Of a stretch of DNA of 64,000 nt, positions 1 to 11,428 are shown one piece after another. Made by a program: the position numbers and the translations under genes. The notes under the pieces were generated by a model that made no database searches, had not been told where the DNA came from, and saw only the letters and a list, made by a program, of their open reading frames with translations. Each line of letters begins with the position of its first letter. Position 1 is the stretch's first letter. This stretch comes from Lingula anatina (lineage: Eukaryota > Animalia > Brachiopoda). The DNA is taken from NCBI GenBank assembly GCA_051362555.1, contig CM120641.1:45204401-45268400 (forward strand), in the 5' to 3' direction.

Positions 1-674
1 AAGATAACAATATCACCCCGTAGAGAAGAATTGTTCCCATACTTCCGAACGCTCCAAAAACAAATCTAGATTTTATCAGACTGAAATGGTACGTTGTCAT
101 ATTTATTTTATAGCCCTTTCTCTTTCTTTCTCTCTCAATGACGAACACATTAAATATGCATTTTCATATGGTATTACAAGAACGTGAAGCGCAGGTAAAA
201 TTTCAGATACCATCTTGTATTAGTTTTAAGTCAAGTCGCACATTGATTTCAATGGAAAACACATGTACACAGTCACTATATTAGGAAGTACTTAAACTTA
301 AAACAATACCACCACCTGGTGGCCCGTTCAATTTAATGCTAATATAAAGGAAAGACACATGACCTGCTATTGTCTGCGGCGAACATTTTATATGACAAAA
401 GAGACCATAACACTCGTATCCACTGATTGATGAAGACATATATTTTACATGGAGTTTCTTATGGAGTGGCGGAATTACAATATGGATGTTAATCTTGACA
501 GCATGTTGTATGGCTCACGTCAAACATGCTATTCCTGTCGTAAAACAGCATTTCAATTATCGAACAAAACAGCTGATAATTACAGCATTTGTTGATTTTC
601 CCCGACTTAAACTTTATTTTTATTTCTTTGTAACATCGTGCTCAACACTATTTTCATTTTTTTTATAAAACAAT

Positions 675-680
675 TTTATT
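675..680 (-). terminator. Candidate ARL4 polyadenylation signal (AATAAA), implying a ~2.8-kb 3' UTR
   Basis: Plus-strand tttatt in an AT-rich 3'-end-like context. Other tttatt hexamers exist nearby, so the assignment is uncertain. Confidence 0.3.
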
Positions 681-964
681 TATCTTCCATTACAATATAT
701 ATTTTATAAGTCAAAAGGTTGATGTGCATTTACGACGCTGGCTCGCAAATACGTAGTAAGTCACAGCGATTACATTCATTTTAGGACTGAGACGGGTCGT
801 ACACAGGCAACTGAGGATTGCAAATGTGAATAAAACAACCAATCCGTCTCAGTATTATTGTAGATCTAAATGATAAAATGACAACTTGATTTGGAATATG
901 TGCCCCGTTTTTACTATCTTAATCAATAGTGTTCAATGAATAACCTCTCAATCCTCATCCTCAG

Positions 965-1097
965 CGATAGTCCGAAGGTTCAATGGTCCGAAGGTTCACT
1001 ATAGAACCTTCGGACCAATGAACCCTTGATTAAAAAATCGATGAAAATGTTACCACTTTTCGGACCAATGAACCTTCGGACTATCGAGACGCCCCCG
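965..1097. mobile_element. Foldback/MITE remnant with 15-bp subterminal repeats in both orientations
   Basis: cgatagtccgaaggttcaatggtccgaaggttc ... ttcggaccaatgaaccttcggactatcg are inverted arms; the element ends gacgcccccg. Confidence 0.65.
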
Positions 1098-3463
1098 AAA
1101 AGACCAAGAGAAAATTACGCGGTGTTGGCGTGGACTTCAAAACACAGATGTTGACTAATAGTGCCTAGCATTTCCAAATGTACAGTTATCCAGGTATCAG
1201 ATTTTGACATCGGAAAAAAAAAACGTTTGAATTGAAAAGAATAATGTATTCGAAAGGGACATCGATACCAAACTGTAATGTACTTCACTGAAGCACTAAA
1301 AAGAGGATGAATTAACGATTAGCGGGTGTGTCAAAAAGCCAAGTTATCAAATGCAATCCACTTAAAGTCACTCCCACTAAATAATTTTACACATGCTTTC
1401 TTCTACACGCACCCCTCTTGCAATGGGTTTAACATGGAGTACTTGTTTAAAGTGAGGACATACACGTGATTTTAACCCCATTCCACCCCCCATCCCACTA
1501 ACCCACCAAACCGCAGGGCAGTGGAGCGTGGGGAAGGGTGAGGGGAATAACAGTAAACGAAAGACAACATACATTACGAAGAGACTTTAATATCCATATT
1601 TATATATTCATCTTGTGAGGACAAGTACAACGCAACTCTAAGCCACTCTACAATGAACACGACTTGCTAACATATGATCTATTATCCCTCCAGTATTACA
1701 TGTCTTCTAAAATTGATGAAGGTCCTAGTGCCCCCTTCAACAGAGGTCGTAGGGTAAATTATACCTTATACCAACTACAAGATGACCTCTTGTAGACCTC
1801 TCGTCCTAATCTTATCCTATCAAGTACTGAATGAACACAGGCTTAATTGTATGCTCTCAAATAAAGATTATAATTATTTACTTTGAATGCTAACTATCAG
1901 AGGCGATAATCAAACACTTCCAGGCCCGCTAGAGGTGTAAGATGTTACCCTTCGTAAACTATCACCTGCGTTCTAGGTGAACATATAGATATATTATATA
2001 TAAACAATAGAGGAGGTGACATGCACACAATGGTTGAAATGGTACTCCGAGGTACCCTAGCTTAAACAATTCCACATGTAACTCTAGTCTTGCTCTCGTT
2101 TCAATATGTATTTGTGGGCAGTCGTAATCTCCTATTTCAATTTCCACCAGTAGTAATAACCTCATCAAATAATCTACCAGTGTAATTTTGTACAGGATGA
2201 GTGCAGTTGGAATTTAGAAAGGTGCCTCCAAATAGTGTAATACATCTCAGTTATCGAATACTAATCTCGACAATGCCGCAATGCAGCAGGGCTAACTGTA
2301 ACTGTGGATATCAGCTTTCAGACTGACTACAACATGTTTACGTGCCTGTCGCCCTGCGGACAGACGATCACGAAGACGTGTAACACATACTGAACGATTG
2401 CCTACTGAGAGCAAGTGTTGTTTTTAGACTACGAACATCAGGGTGCATGCACACACACACACATATGGAGTGGTCAGTCATAATCCCAACACACCTGACC
2501 AAGTCAATATTGGCACTTTACGGCTAGGAATGTTATTTGACTCTTTCTGTCTGGCTCATAACTTAGTAATCCGAAACTTGGCACTCTGATCTTTGAACAC
2601 TCGTTAAATTGTGATTTTGTGACCTGGACTCTTAAGTTCACTACAGTAAAACTGTCTTAGTATTTACATAATGCTTCTTTTGTTACAATCACATTTTTTC
2701 ATTTAATTTCAAAGCGACGTAAAAATGTTCAAAGTCTTCGTTTCAACAACATTGCCATTAAGCAAAAATCGTTTAAAGGCGATAAAAGAGAAGTGAAAAA
2801 TCGTTGTGGCGCTTCCTTTGAAGAATGATATGCGAATCGATGCTGGCGGGGCAGTATGAAACGAAAAGGCCCCTTGGGCAAAGACAGAGGGTGTCTGGCG
2901 TTTGTTTTAATCAAGATGCAGCCGAAGATAAAAGTCGTCTGATCAATGACTGACAAGCAGTCTCTAAAGACTTAATAAAGAAACTTCTTTCTTGCGAACA
3001 TATTCCAAACAATTAACTTCTAATTTCAAGTGTCAGACGCACACTCCTTATCATAAGTCGTTCGGTCAGCGAATGCCGAGCTCTTCCTGGAGATTTTTTT
3101 CAGACTGTTTTCAAATAGACTTAAAGAAATTTCAAACACACATTGTTAAGCCTACACTCCTTAATCCATTTCCACCTGTGACCAGGTTCAAACGAAGTAG
3201 CAGAATGGAAACTAGATGAAAAGGGTCATGCAATCTCGTGGTCAAGTCATCTTCCCAGGGAGCTCGCATGTCATGTCGGCGCCTGGTTCCTTCGAAATCT
3301 TTGGACATCACTAATTAATTCATTTGGTCTCGCAAGCAGGTGGTAGTTAAAGATGGCCGCCTTAGAGACACTGACATACACGAACTGAATGAAGGTCTTG
3401 ACTCAGGTTAAGCAAATGATTATGGTTAACAACGATGACTATAAATAGCTGTAAAGCTGCTTG

Positions 3464-4069
3464 TCATCGTCGTCGTTTCAACGTTGATTTACTAGTCTTT
3501 TTCTTCTTTTGAACCATTTCGTAAAGTTTTTCTAGGGCCTCGCTGAGCCCGTCTCCCGTGATGGCACAGGCTGGCTGGACGTGCCAGAGATGATTAGGGG
3601 ACAATTCATGCAAACTCAGGAGTTTTTCAATCTCGCTGGGGTCCTTTGCCCCAGGTAAATCTTGTTTGTTAGCTATAACTAGCACGGGGACCCCGCTGTT
3701 TTCCGAGCTTCGAGCAGTCCGTATCAGTTCTATTCTAGCCTCTTCCATCCTCTCAGCGTCAACGCTGTCGACTACGAACACGATACCATCTGTGTTCCTT
3801 GTGTATGATTTCCACAAGGGGCGTAATTTTTCCTGACCCCCGACATCCCAGATCACAAAACTAGTTCCTTTTGCTTTCCCTGAGGTGAGTTTAACTTTCT
3901 CACAGTTAAACCCCACTGTTGGCACTGCGTTACAATACTGATCGAATTTGATCCTGAAGAGGACTGTCGTTTTCCCTGCCGCGTCTAGGCCCAGCATCAC
4001 AATATGGAGGGGTTGTGGGCCTAAATTTTCTAAAAGTGAGCTAGTTTGCCTGGTGAAACTGCTCCCCAT
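3464..4069 (-). CDS. ARL4: ADP-ribosylation factor-like GTPase 4 (ARL4A/C/D-like), 201 aa, single coding exon
   Basis: N-terminal MG (myristoylation), P-loop GLDAAGKT, switch I PTVGFN, WDVGGQEKLRPLWKSYTR, NKQD, QPACA, and a basic C-terminal tail KKKKTSKSTLKRRR typical of the ARL4 subfamily. Confidence 0.95.
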   Translation of the reverse strand: MGSSFTRQTSSLLENLGPQPLHIVMLGLDAAGKTTVLFRIKFDQYCNAVPTVGFNCEKVKLTSGKAKGTSFVIWDVGGQEKLRPLWKSYTRNTDGIVFVVDSVDAERMEEARIELIRTARSSENSGVPVLVIANKQDLPGAKDPSEIEKLLSLHELSPNHLWHVQPACAITGDGLSEALEKLYEMVQKKKKTSKSTLKRRR

Positions 4070-4252
4070 TCTCCATGTGTGACGGTTCTCCTCCTTCCAA
4101 AATGGCGCACGAACGTATCCAACACAGCTCTTTAAGTCAGAAGAATAATGGTCCGCGAAATAAATCGATATCTTCTGGCTAGAGTGCAGTTTAATTGAGC
4201 AATCCGTGCTGCTTCCTATGACGTCGGATTAAGTCTCGTTGCTTGGGAATAC

Positions 4253-4414
4253 CTAGAATACGAACAGAAAATCTGACTGTCGTTTAAATTGGTTCATTAT
4301 AAGCTTACAGAGCACGGGTTACAGACCTTCCCACGGGGCTGTGCCTGGCTTAATGCTTTAGGTCTTGCAATAAACTTAACCTTTAATGTCGACATTACGA
4401 TTGGGGATACTCAC
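4253..4414 (-). other. Candidate ARL4 5'-UTR intron
   Basis: Minus-strand donor G|GTGAGT (plus 4409-4414) and acceptor TTTTCTGTTCGTATTCTAG| (plus ct at 4253-4254). An alternative donor GTAAGT lies at plus 4963-4968. Confidence 0.4.
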
Positions 4415-7007
4415 CCATTACATAGCCGTGTGTATATTCCGAAGGTCCAGTGAAGTAATCAACATGATTTTCGGGCCAGTCATCTCCCTCTGTTCTCCTA
4501 ATAGAACTGTTTATACTAGAGCAGGTCGGTTTAAAGTGTATACAACGGCCGATCTCATTATTCCTTATATGGCGCAGATTGTTTACAGAACTTTTGATGT
4601 GGTACCGCCCTCAGCAATTTCGTATGCGCGAATCGGAAGCGTCGATCTATACCCTCTGTTTAATTTGTGCACTGAACCGCAACACAAGGTGTTAACACAA
4701 CCCTGTCCTTCAAAGCCTTAAAGCAGGCGCTGTAATATCTTAATATTCATTCGCACACAGAGAAAAATTAGGTCACGGCGAACACCCACCTGTGGCTGGT
4801 ATTTAAGGAGAGTGGCGCCTTTAACAGCCCTTCCAAGTACAACATAGGCCGGTATTAACGCTAATCCATTGCAGGCCTTTGTATTGATAAACTGTTGCGA
4901 TTCAAGCTTACGGTTGACGGTTAATCGCTGAACACAGGATTTTCCACCTGAACTGTCTGTTTACTTACAGTTTGGTTATTATAGGACCCAATTGACGTGT
5001 ACGTATGTTTAAGGTGTATACACAGAACGTGCTTAAGACGAGCACCACATGTAACTCGGGTTCAGCCTAGTACAAAGTTAAATTTCACTTATGCCACCCA
5101 GCTGTCAGTGTCATCTTGTATACAGAATCTGCCAATCAATTTACTCTCTTAGCACAACACCTAAGAAAGTTGAAATACTTTCATTTTTTAACCATATTAG
5201 GAATCCATTACCACACTGGAAATGTATTTTTGATTGTATTAACATTAGCAGAGGGGATATGCAAGGGAAGTGCAAGACTTAAAACGCAAAATTTCCCTAG
5301 TCTTCTTTTCCTCTGGTTTTCTTAAAAACGTGTCCTGTGCTGTCCAACTGGGAGCTGGTGTGCTACATGGACTAATGGTGTTTCTTTTACATCTGCAATG
5401 TAGGCTTACAATACAACCTTACAGTTTTATTCCAAATCTTCTTTGACAGATCAATCAATCAACCAATAAATAAATAAATAAATAAATAAATATTATTGAA
5501 TGGGGATCGATGTACGTAGCATTTGTAACGCTGGAGTTACATGTTGCAGCTCTGTACATATATCATTACATTTTATGCAATCATTTTGCTTGACAAACTG
5601 TCGCAGAATTCCTAAATTTAAACCCATTCATCCTGGTTGCATAGGAACTAAAGTCTCTCATTCTTTTTTTAATGGTCACGTTGGTTTAGGACTGGAATGC
5701 CTGCTCCACCCATATCCTAAATATAGCAATTTGATGTCCTTAAAAATGAAAGTTTATTCTATTAAAGGACATACTGTCCTGTTATACCAAGTAGTTCCAA
5801 CCTCCATCACCAATTATAATAAATCATCAGTCATATCTCTCCCGTATATTAAAGTGGCCTTTACCGTAAATCATAATCTCACAAAAAATCAGCACACAAC
5901 AATACTGCTTCGGTTTTTATTTATTTATTATTATCTGATAATCATCATTTCATTTAAATATCTTTTTACTCTCTGCACAGAATTAGAAAGTATACCCACA
6001 GTAAATTGCGTGGTAACTACATGATCCTTTTAGAGAGGTATTATCTAACTAAACCAAAGCTTCTTTCTTTATTAGGTTAAATTTGCATTTGAAATTATTT
6101 TAGTTGTACTCGTACCTCCTTGCGCCTGGTACGAAGGTCACGTACTCTGCTTAAAATCGGACACCAGTAATTAACCTGTCACAATGGAAAGTCTCCAAGC
6201 ATGCAGGTTATCTGTGCTCTGTCATCACTTGTAACAACGACGCAGATCCGTGGAGATTATTTTTAATAGTCGCGACTATTGGAGTTGTGTGGGTTTGAGA
6301 TTTGGATGAATGTTAATATGATAAAAAAAATTGTCGCATTTTATTGCGACTGGCGCTTTCTTTTTAACAGTCTGTGCTAAGCTCTTCAAATACTTGGAAC
6401 CTATTGTCACTGTATAGATATGTCTACATGATAAGTGTCCCTTTTTTCTTTTTTGGCACACTATTGTGCAACTGGAAATTTCTTTCAATAGTCAAATGTC
6501 AACCACTTTGAATACTTGCGACGTATTATCACTGGGTTCCACACAACATCAAATTAAACCGCAAGTTATAAAAATAAATTGGTTGTATGAATTTTATCAC
6601 GTCGGACTTGCTTTACATGCTTTCCGTGTCCATTATTATGATTACGTTTATTTATATATGGCTTTTATCTGGCACCAGGGCAAGACTGGATAGGCGTCAA
6701 TAACATAGGCCAAACCTCTTCTATACAATAGTCCAAAGTTAATCAGTGTTTTTATCGTATGCCAGTTTGTTTTGTTAGCTATGGAATATGAGATATGGCA
6801 TGTCATTGTCCGTTATCTGAATTACTGTTTGAAAAACCAGACAGTAGGGCCTAGTGATACTGTTTTAAGAGTAGAAGCACACCTATTGGTCAGTCAATCT
6901 GCATTAACGAGTTAAAATTGTTCTTCAGTGGCTATACGCAGGTTTAATTATTGATACTTATTTTCTTCCTTGTAACTTAAGTTATGGGAAAGTTATGGGA
7001 ATTCTAA

Positions 7008-7240
7008 GGGCTCATTCCCAATGACACTAACGGTCTACGTAGATAGAACTTACCAATTCGCCGGGGCTCTTGCTGAATGCAATTAGTTTAACAGATTAAA
7101 CCACCCCGAACAGGTATCCGGCCAGAGGTAGGCCTATCACTGGAACCACTGGATGTGTTCTGTAACTGATTGCGCTTGTTCAGCCACATGATTGCGTTAA
7201 GTCACAACAAACACAATGGGTCGCGAAAGGGCAGGAAACT
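7008..7240. mobile_element. Partial Harbinger-like MITE related to 58322-58540 and 35602-35794
   Basis: TAA|GGGCTCATTCCCA terminus and gctgaatgcaattagtttaacagattaa are shared with the 58.3-kb copy. The right boundary is uncertain. Confidence 0.5.
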
Positions 7241-8499
7241 TGAATTCTAAATAAACTCATTTGCAGACGAACCGATTACAATGGGGTTTAATTATGCATC
7301 CCATCTTCTTCAACAACAAAATCGATTATGAATGAATGAATGGGGAATTGAAGTTTAATCACATTTTTTCAGCTAGTTTTTTAAAACTAACATTGTAGGT
7401 TTTTTTTTTTTTTTAAGTAGCCACAAGACTGCCTAATGTGAATCCCTTTTCAATTTTTTTTGTTAGGTATATTGCTTTTCCACAAAAAAAAGTAATTAAG
7501 TTGTCACATTAATTCACATGGCATTTAACTGCAAATCCCAGTGTTGCACGTCGATTACAAGTACCCCGATTCAGAGCAACGCTGGAAGATAGGCCTAAGC
7601 ATCAGCACCAGGAAAAAAAAATCGCACGTGTGGCCACATTCAAGTAATCCGTCTTGTAATTAATCCGGGTACGGCTGTCTGTAAAAAGCCTACCTCTACC
7701 AGGGCGACAGATTGATCTTCCACAGATATTCACAGATATGTCTCTTAGATAAATAGACGGTCATTTTGGTCTGATACCTCAGCAAATATGTCCACAATAA
7801 TAACTGTGGCCCTGGTAGAGGGTATAAAAAGCCCACTGGAGTTCATAAATAAGCAAATCCTTTGGTATATTACCATCATTCTCTTCAGTAAATTGTTTAA
7901 TCTGGTATGATCTTTATGCTTACCTAATTTGCTACCCGGTATATCAACAACAGGAAAGTCGTTCATTTTTTTTTTCATTTCCTCTCCACCGAAAAAGTCC
8001 TTATGCCCTTCTTATTGTCATATCTTGAATGATTAATATTCCATTTAAAATGACCAAATTTGTCTAGAAGGGCAAATATTTTTATTTTAGTTGTTTCACA
8101 ATGAAATATATGGTATTTGGAAAAATAACCAATGCTGAAGACTCAGGGAAAATATGCAAATTCCCGAGATTACACATATGCCATCACATTTGCCCGTCTA
8201 GGCCTTCATCAATATTTAGTTTCCTTGAATAAACACCTTTGCGGGAAATGTCGGTCTAAAAATAACAAATATCATAATTTTGTGAGCCACAAATACCAAA
8301 ACAGTCCCTTCGCTTCTTTCTAAATGTGTGACCGCATAACTTATTAACTACTAGTATAACTATCAACTGATCTGATATCTTCAAATAAATCAGAAAATCC
8401 ACATTAGAGAAGTTTAATGTGAAGAAAAAGGCGTGGTACTATTGAGAATGATTCTGAGATTCTCTAAATAAAAGACGGATGTGCAAAAAATGGAATGCG

Positions 8500-8714
8500 T
8501 TTGGTGCGATAACGTGTTCCATTTGCAAACTCACTCAGCCCATGTATTTATATATATAGACATCGATTGCAGCCTCACTATCTGCGCCTAAAGCCGAGGG
8601 CGCTCGCCTCTCATCATAGCCGCTTCGGATACCTCGTAATATATAAGCGGTGGTGCCTTCGTATTTATTGGGTCATCGTTCCGCGAAGCACGCCCCTTAC
8701 TGCTCATTCGCAAC
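8500..8714 (+). promoter_or_regulatory. CpG-rich PKC promoter/5' UTR region with TATA-like motifs
   Basis: CpG-dense segment directly upstream of CAAC-ATG-G at 8715; TATA-like runs at ~8547 and ~8640. Confidence 0.45.
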
Positions 8715-8875
8715 ATGGCTGATGAGACGGGCGGTAGTAGTAATTTTGCGAGCAGAGGCGTCCAGAGGAAAGGAGCTCTAAGACAGAAAAACGTGTTTGT
8801 GGTGAAGGATCATAACTTTGTGCCGAGGTTTTTTAAGCAGCCGACATTCTGCAGTCATTGCAAAGATTTTATTTG
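8715..8875 (+). CDS. PKC1: Conventional protein kinase C, exon 1 (pseudosubstrate, start of C1A)
   Basis: [54 protein letters not shown]; donor TG|gtgagt. Confidence 0.95.
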
Positions 8876-11051
8876 GTGAGTGAAATTGTGTAGCCCAAGG
8901 GGATTCCCTCTATTCATTGACGCATGTTGACCTATTTATAGTGGCAATTGTTTATTTTTTGTAACAGCATTTAAACGTCGAGGTCATGTTTTTGAAGGGC
9001 GTAGCTTAAAATATTGATTATCACCCTCTCTATCAGACTTAGATTTGGGATAGGTGGTATGCTATACTATTCGGTAAATAAGAGGTGTTGACGCTGCAGA
9101 TACATGCTTGCTATACAATCAACTTGCAACTTAATAAATGATATGAGATAAGCGATTAAGACGCTATCCCTAACGATGTCACTTTAACGAGACTCAGGTG
9201 CGAAGGCATGATATGCGATGCTTTAACACTTATCTTGGATCCCATGACGTGTCTGTGATTTGAGTCAATCTGATACTGTGAAACTTCGATTGTCTGTGCT
9301 ATAGACCAGTATGTATACAGGCCGCCCATCAGTTCTATGGAGGAGGAAATATATTGCCTTTTCTATGCTGTGAAGCATAATGAAGGCAACACTATAAAAT
9401 ATGTGTGCTTCAATGAGTCTATATAGATTGAGTATTTGTCCTTCATGCTTATTGTACCACTTGCTAACAAGTTGTAACCATATTCGTGTGGTCTCGTATT
9501 GTGGGATATGCTCTCGTAGGGCATTTAAATGTCGTGGATGTGCATAAAATACCAATAGCACTAAAAAGCTATATGTCACATTAAATGGTTGACATCCTTG
9601 ATAAATTACATGAAATCTGAGTGCATATTAGTTTCATTGTAGCAACCATGTTTGCCTAATGCAAACATAACTCGCTGTCAAAAATTTTGACATGCATGGC
9701 GGAGGTTTTTTGGGTTTTGACAATGGTTCATTCATATAGGTTAATAATGTGAAATATGTCACAGGTCAGAGATAATATGTACCTACACTGCTTTGGTTCA
9801 GAGATTAATATTTTCCCCGCGTCACTCCTATTTACAGCTTCTTTGGCTGATGACAGTGATATTTAAGCATAGCAACTCATCAAGATTTGCGTGGACAGTG
9901 AAAGCTTTATCTATAATAGTGCTTGCCATTAAATTTACCACCAACTACAGGTCAAACTGTACGGGGGATATCAGATAAAACACACAATCAAAATGCTATG
10001 TTATAAAATATAATGCAATGTGAAGCACATTTTTAAAAAATCTGGATTGCTATGGATTACAATTGAATTGTTAGAGTGTATGTAGTACAAGGCTCTTTCC
10101 CTTTGAACATTATATCTTGATGATACAGCTGTACTGATGTTTTTAGAGATTGACAACTTAATAGCCTACCTATTAGATATGAAAGAGACTTAAACGAAGC
10201 CTACTCACTTGACAGGGCCAATTAACATATCAGCAGGAAACTAACTTATGGAGAAATTGTACAAAGGAGGATAAAGCTTATTGCAGGACGTGTTCAAAAA
10301 AATGGTATAACCCGTCATAACTATATCAGTATAACTGTATCGCTAATATATATAATGGTAGATATGAAAAGCCCCTTACTTATAAAGGATGGTAAACTGC
10401 AGGTTATATCAGACAACACCACAAATCTCAGAATCAGAATGTCCCAATACATAATACAGTGCCATTTGAAACACTTTTTTGACTAGCATTCTATACTGAT
10501 ATGAATGACAATTTGCAATTGAACTGTTACACTGTAAACTGCTATGGCATATGAGACACGGTAAACCACAGAGTGATAAGAAGTATAGTTAAATAGTATC
10601 TCAGGTTTTTATCAGTAGAGTAATTTCAGACAAAACATATTTACAGACTGACACTCAGTGATCTGTTTGTTGATGATAAAGATAGTATGAATAAAACAAT
10701 GCTGAATGGGTGTAATATCCAAATCAGAATTTAATGATAACATTGTATACTCCAAATAATAATTCTGCACTGCTTTTGAAGCAGGAGGTCAAGTAGAGAT
10801 AAATAATTAATTAAAACCTGTCAACAAGCTACATCCTCCTTATACTTAATAAAAGAATAATATCATCATTTAATTCTTTCTGCATAAAATTTACCCCTAA
10901 ATTGCCTTGCTAATGAGTATAAGTTAAATGATATATATACTAGTGCTGTATTGTCTAATGTGATTGAAGACTCAAAAACACAACATGCATGCACCTGCAC
11001 ACACACACATACACACAAACACGTTTTTATAGAAATATATATTCCATTCCC

Positions 11052-11255
11052 ATATATATATATATATATATATAATAAAAAGAAAAAGAAACAGCAGCTA
11101 TTTTGCCCTGACCGGTTTCATTCTTTCTTCTCCTGAAGAAAGAATGAAACCGGTCGGGGCAAAAAAGCTGCTGTTTCTTTTTCTTTTTAAAAAGAATGAA
11201 ACTGGTCGGGGCAAAATAGCTGCTGTTTCTTTTTCTTTTTATTATATATAATATA
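11052..11255. repeat. Near-perfect ~55-bp hairpin (4-nt loop at 11131-11134) plus a tandem third arm, embedded in (TA)n
   Basis: aaaagaaaaagaaacagcagctattttgccctgaccggtttcattctttcttc-tcct-reverse complement, then the reverse arm again at 11191-11250. Confidence 0.9.
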
Positions 11256-11378
11256 TACTCGTACAGGAAGAACAATTTTACTTTTAATATATATATATAT
11301 ATATATATATGAACTACGCACCTGGAAGTTGACAGAAGTGGTGGGTGAAAATTTGTTCCAAGTGGGCATGGCCAGACA

Positions 11379-11428
<50 letters not shown>

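Noticed and set aside
4386-4721. 111-aa ORF antisense to the ARL4 upstream region
   Set aside because: No homology recognisable; likely chance open frame in a GC-richer regulatory region.
5500-6024. 174-aa ORF between ARL4 and PKC
   Set aside because: No recognisable motif, composition typical of AT-rich non-coding DNA.
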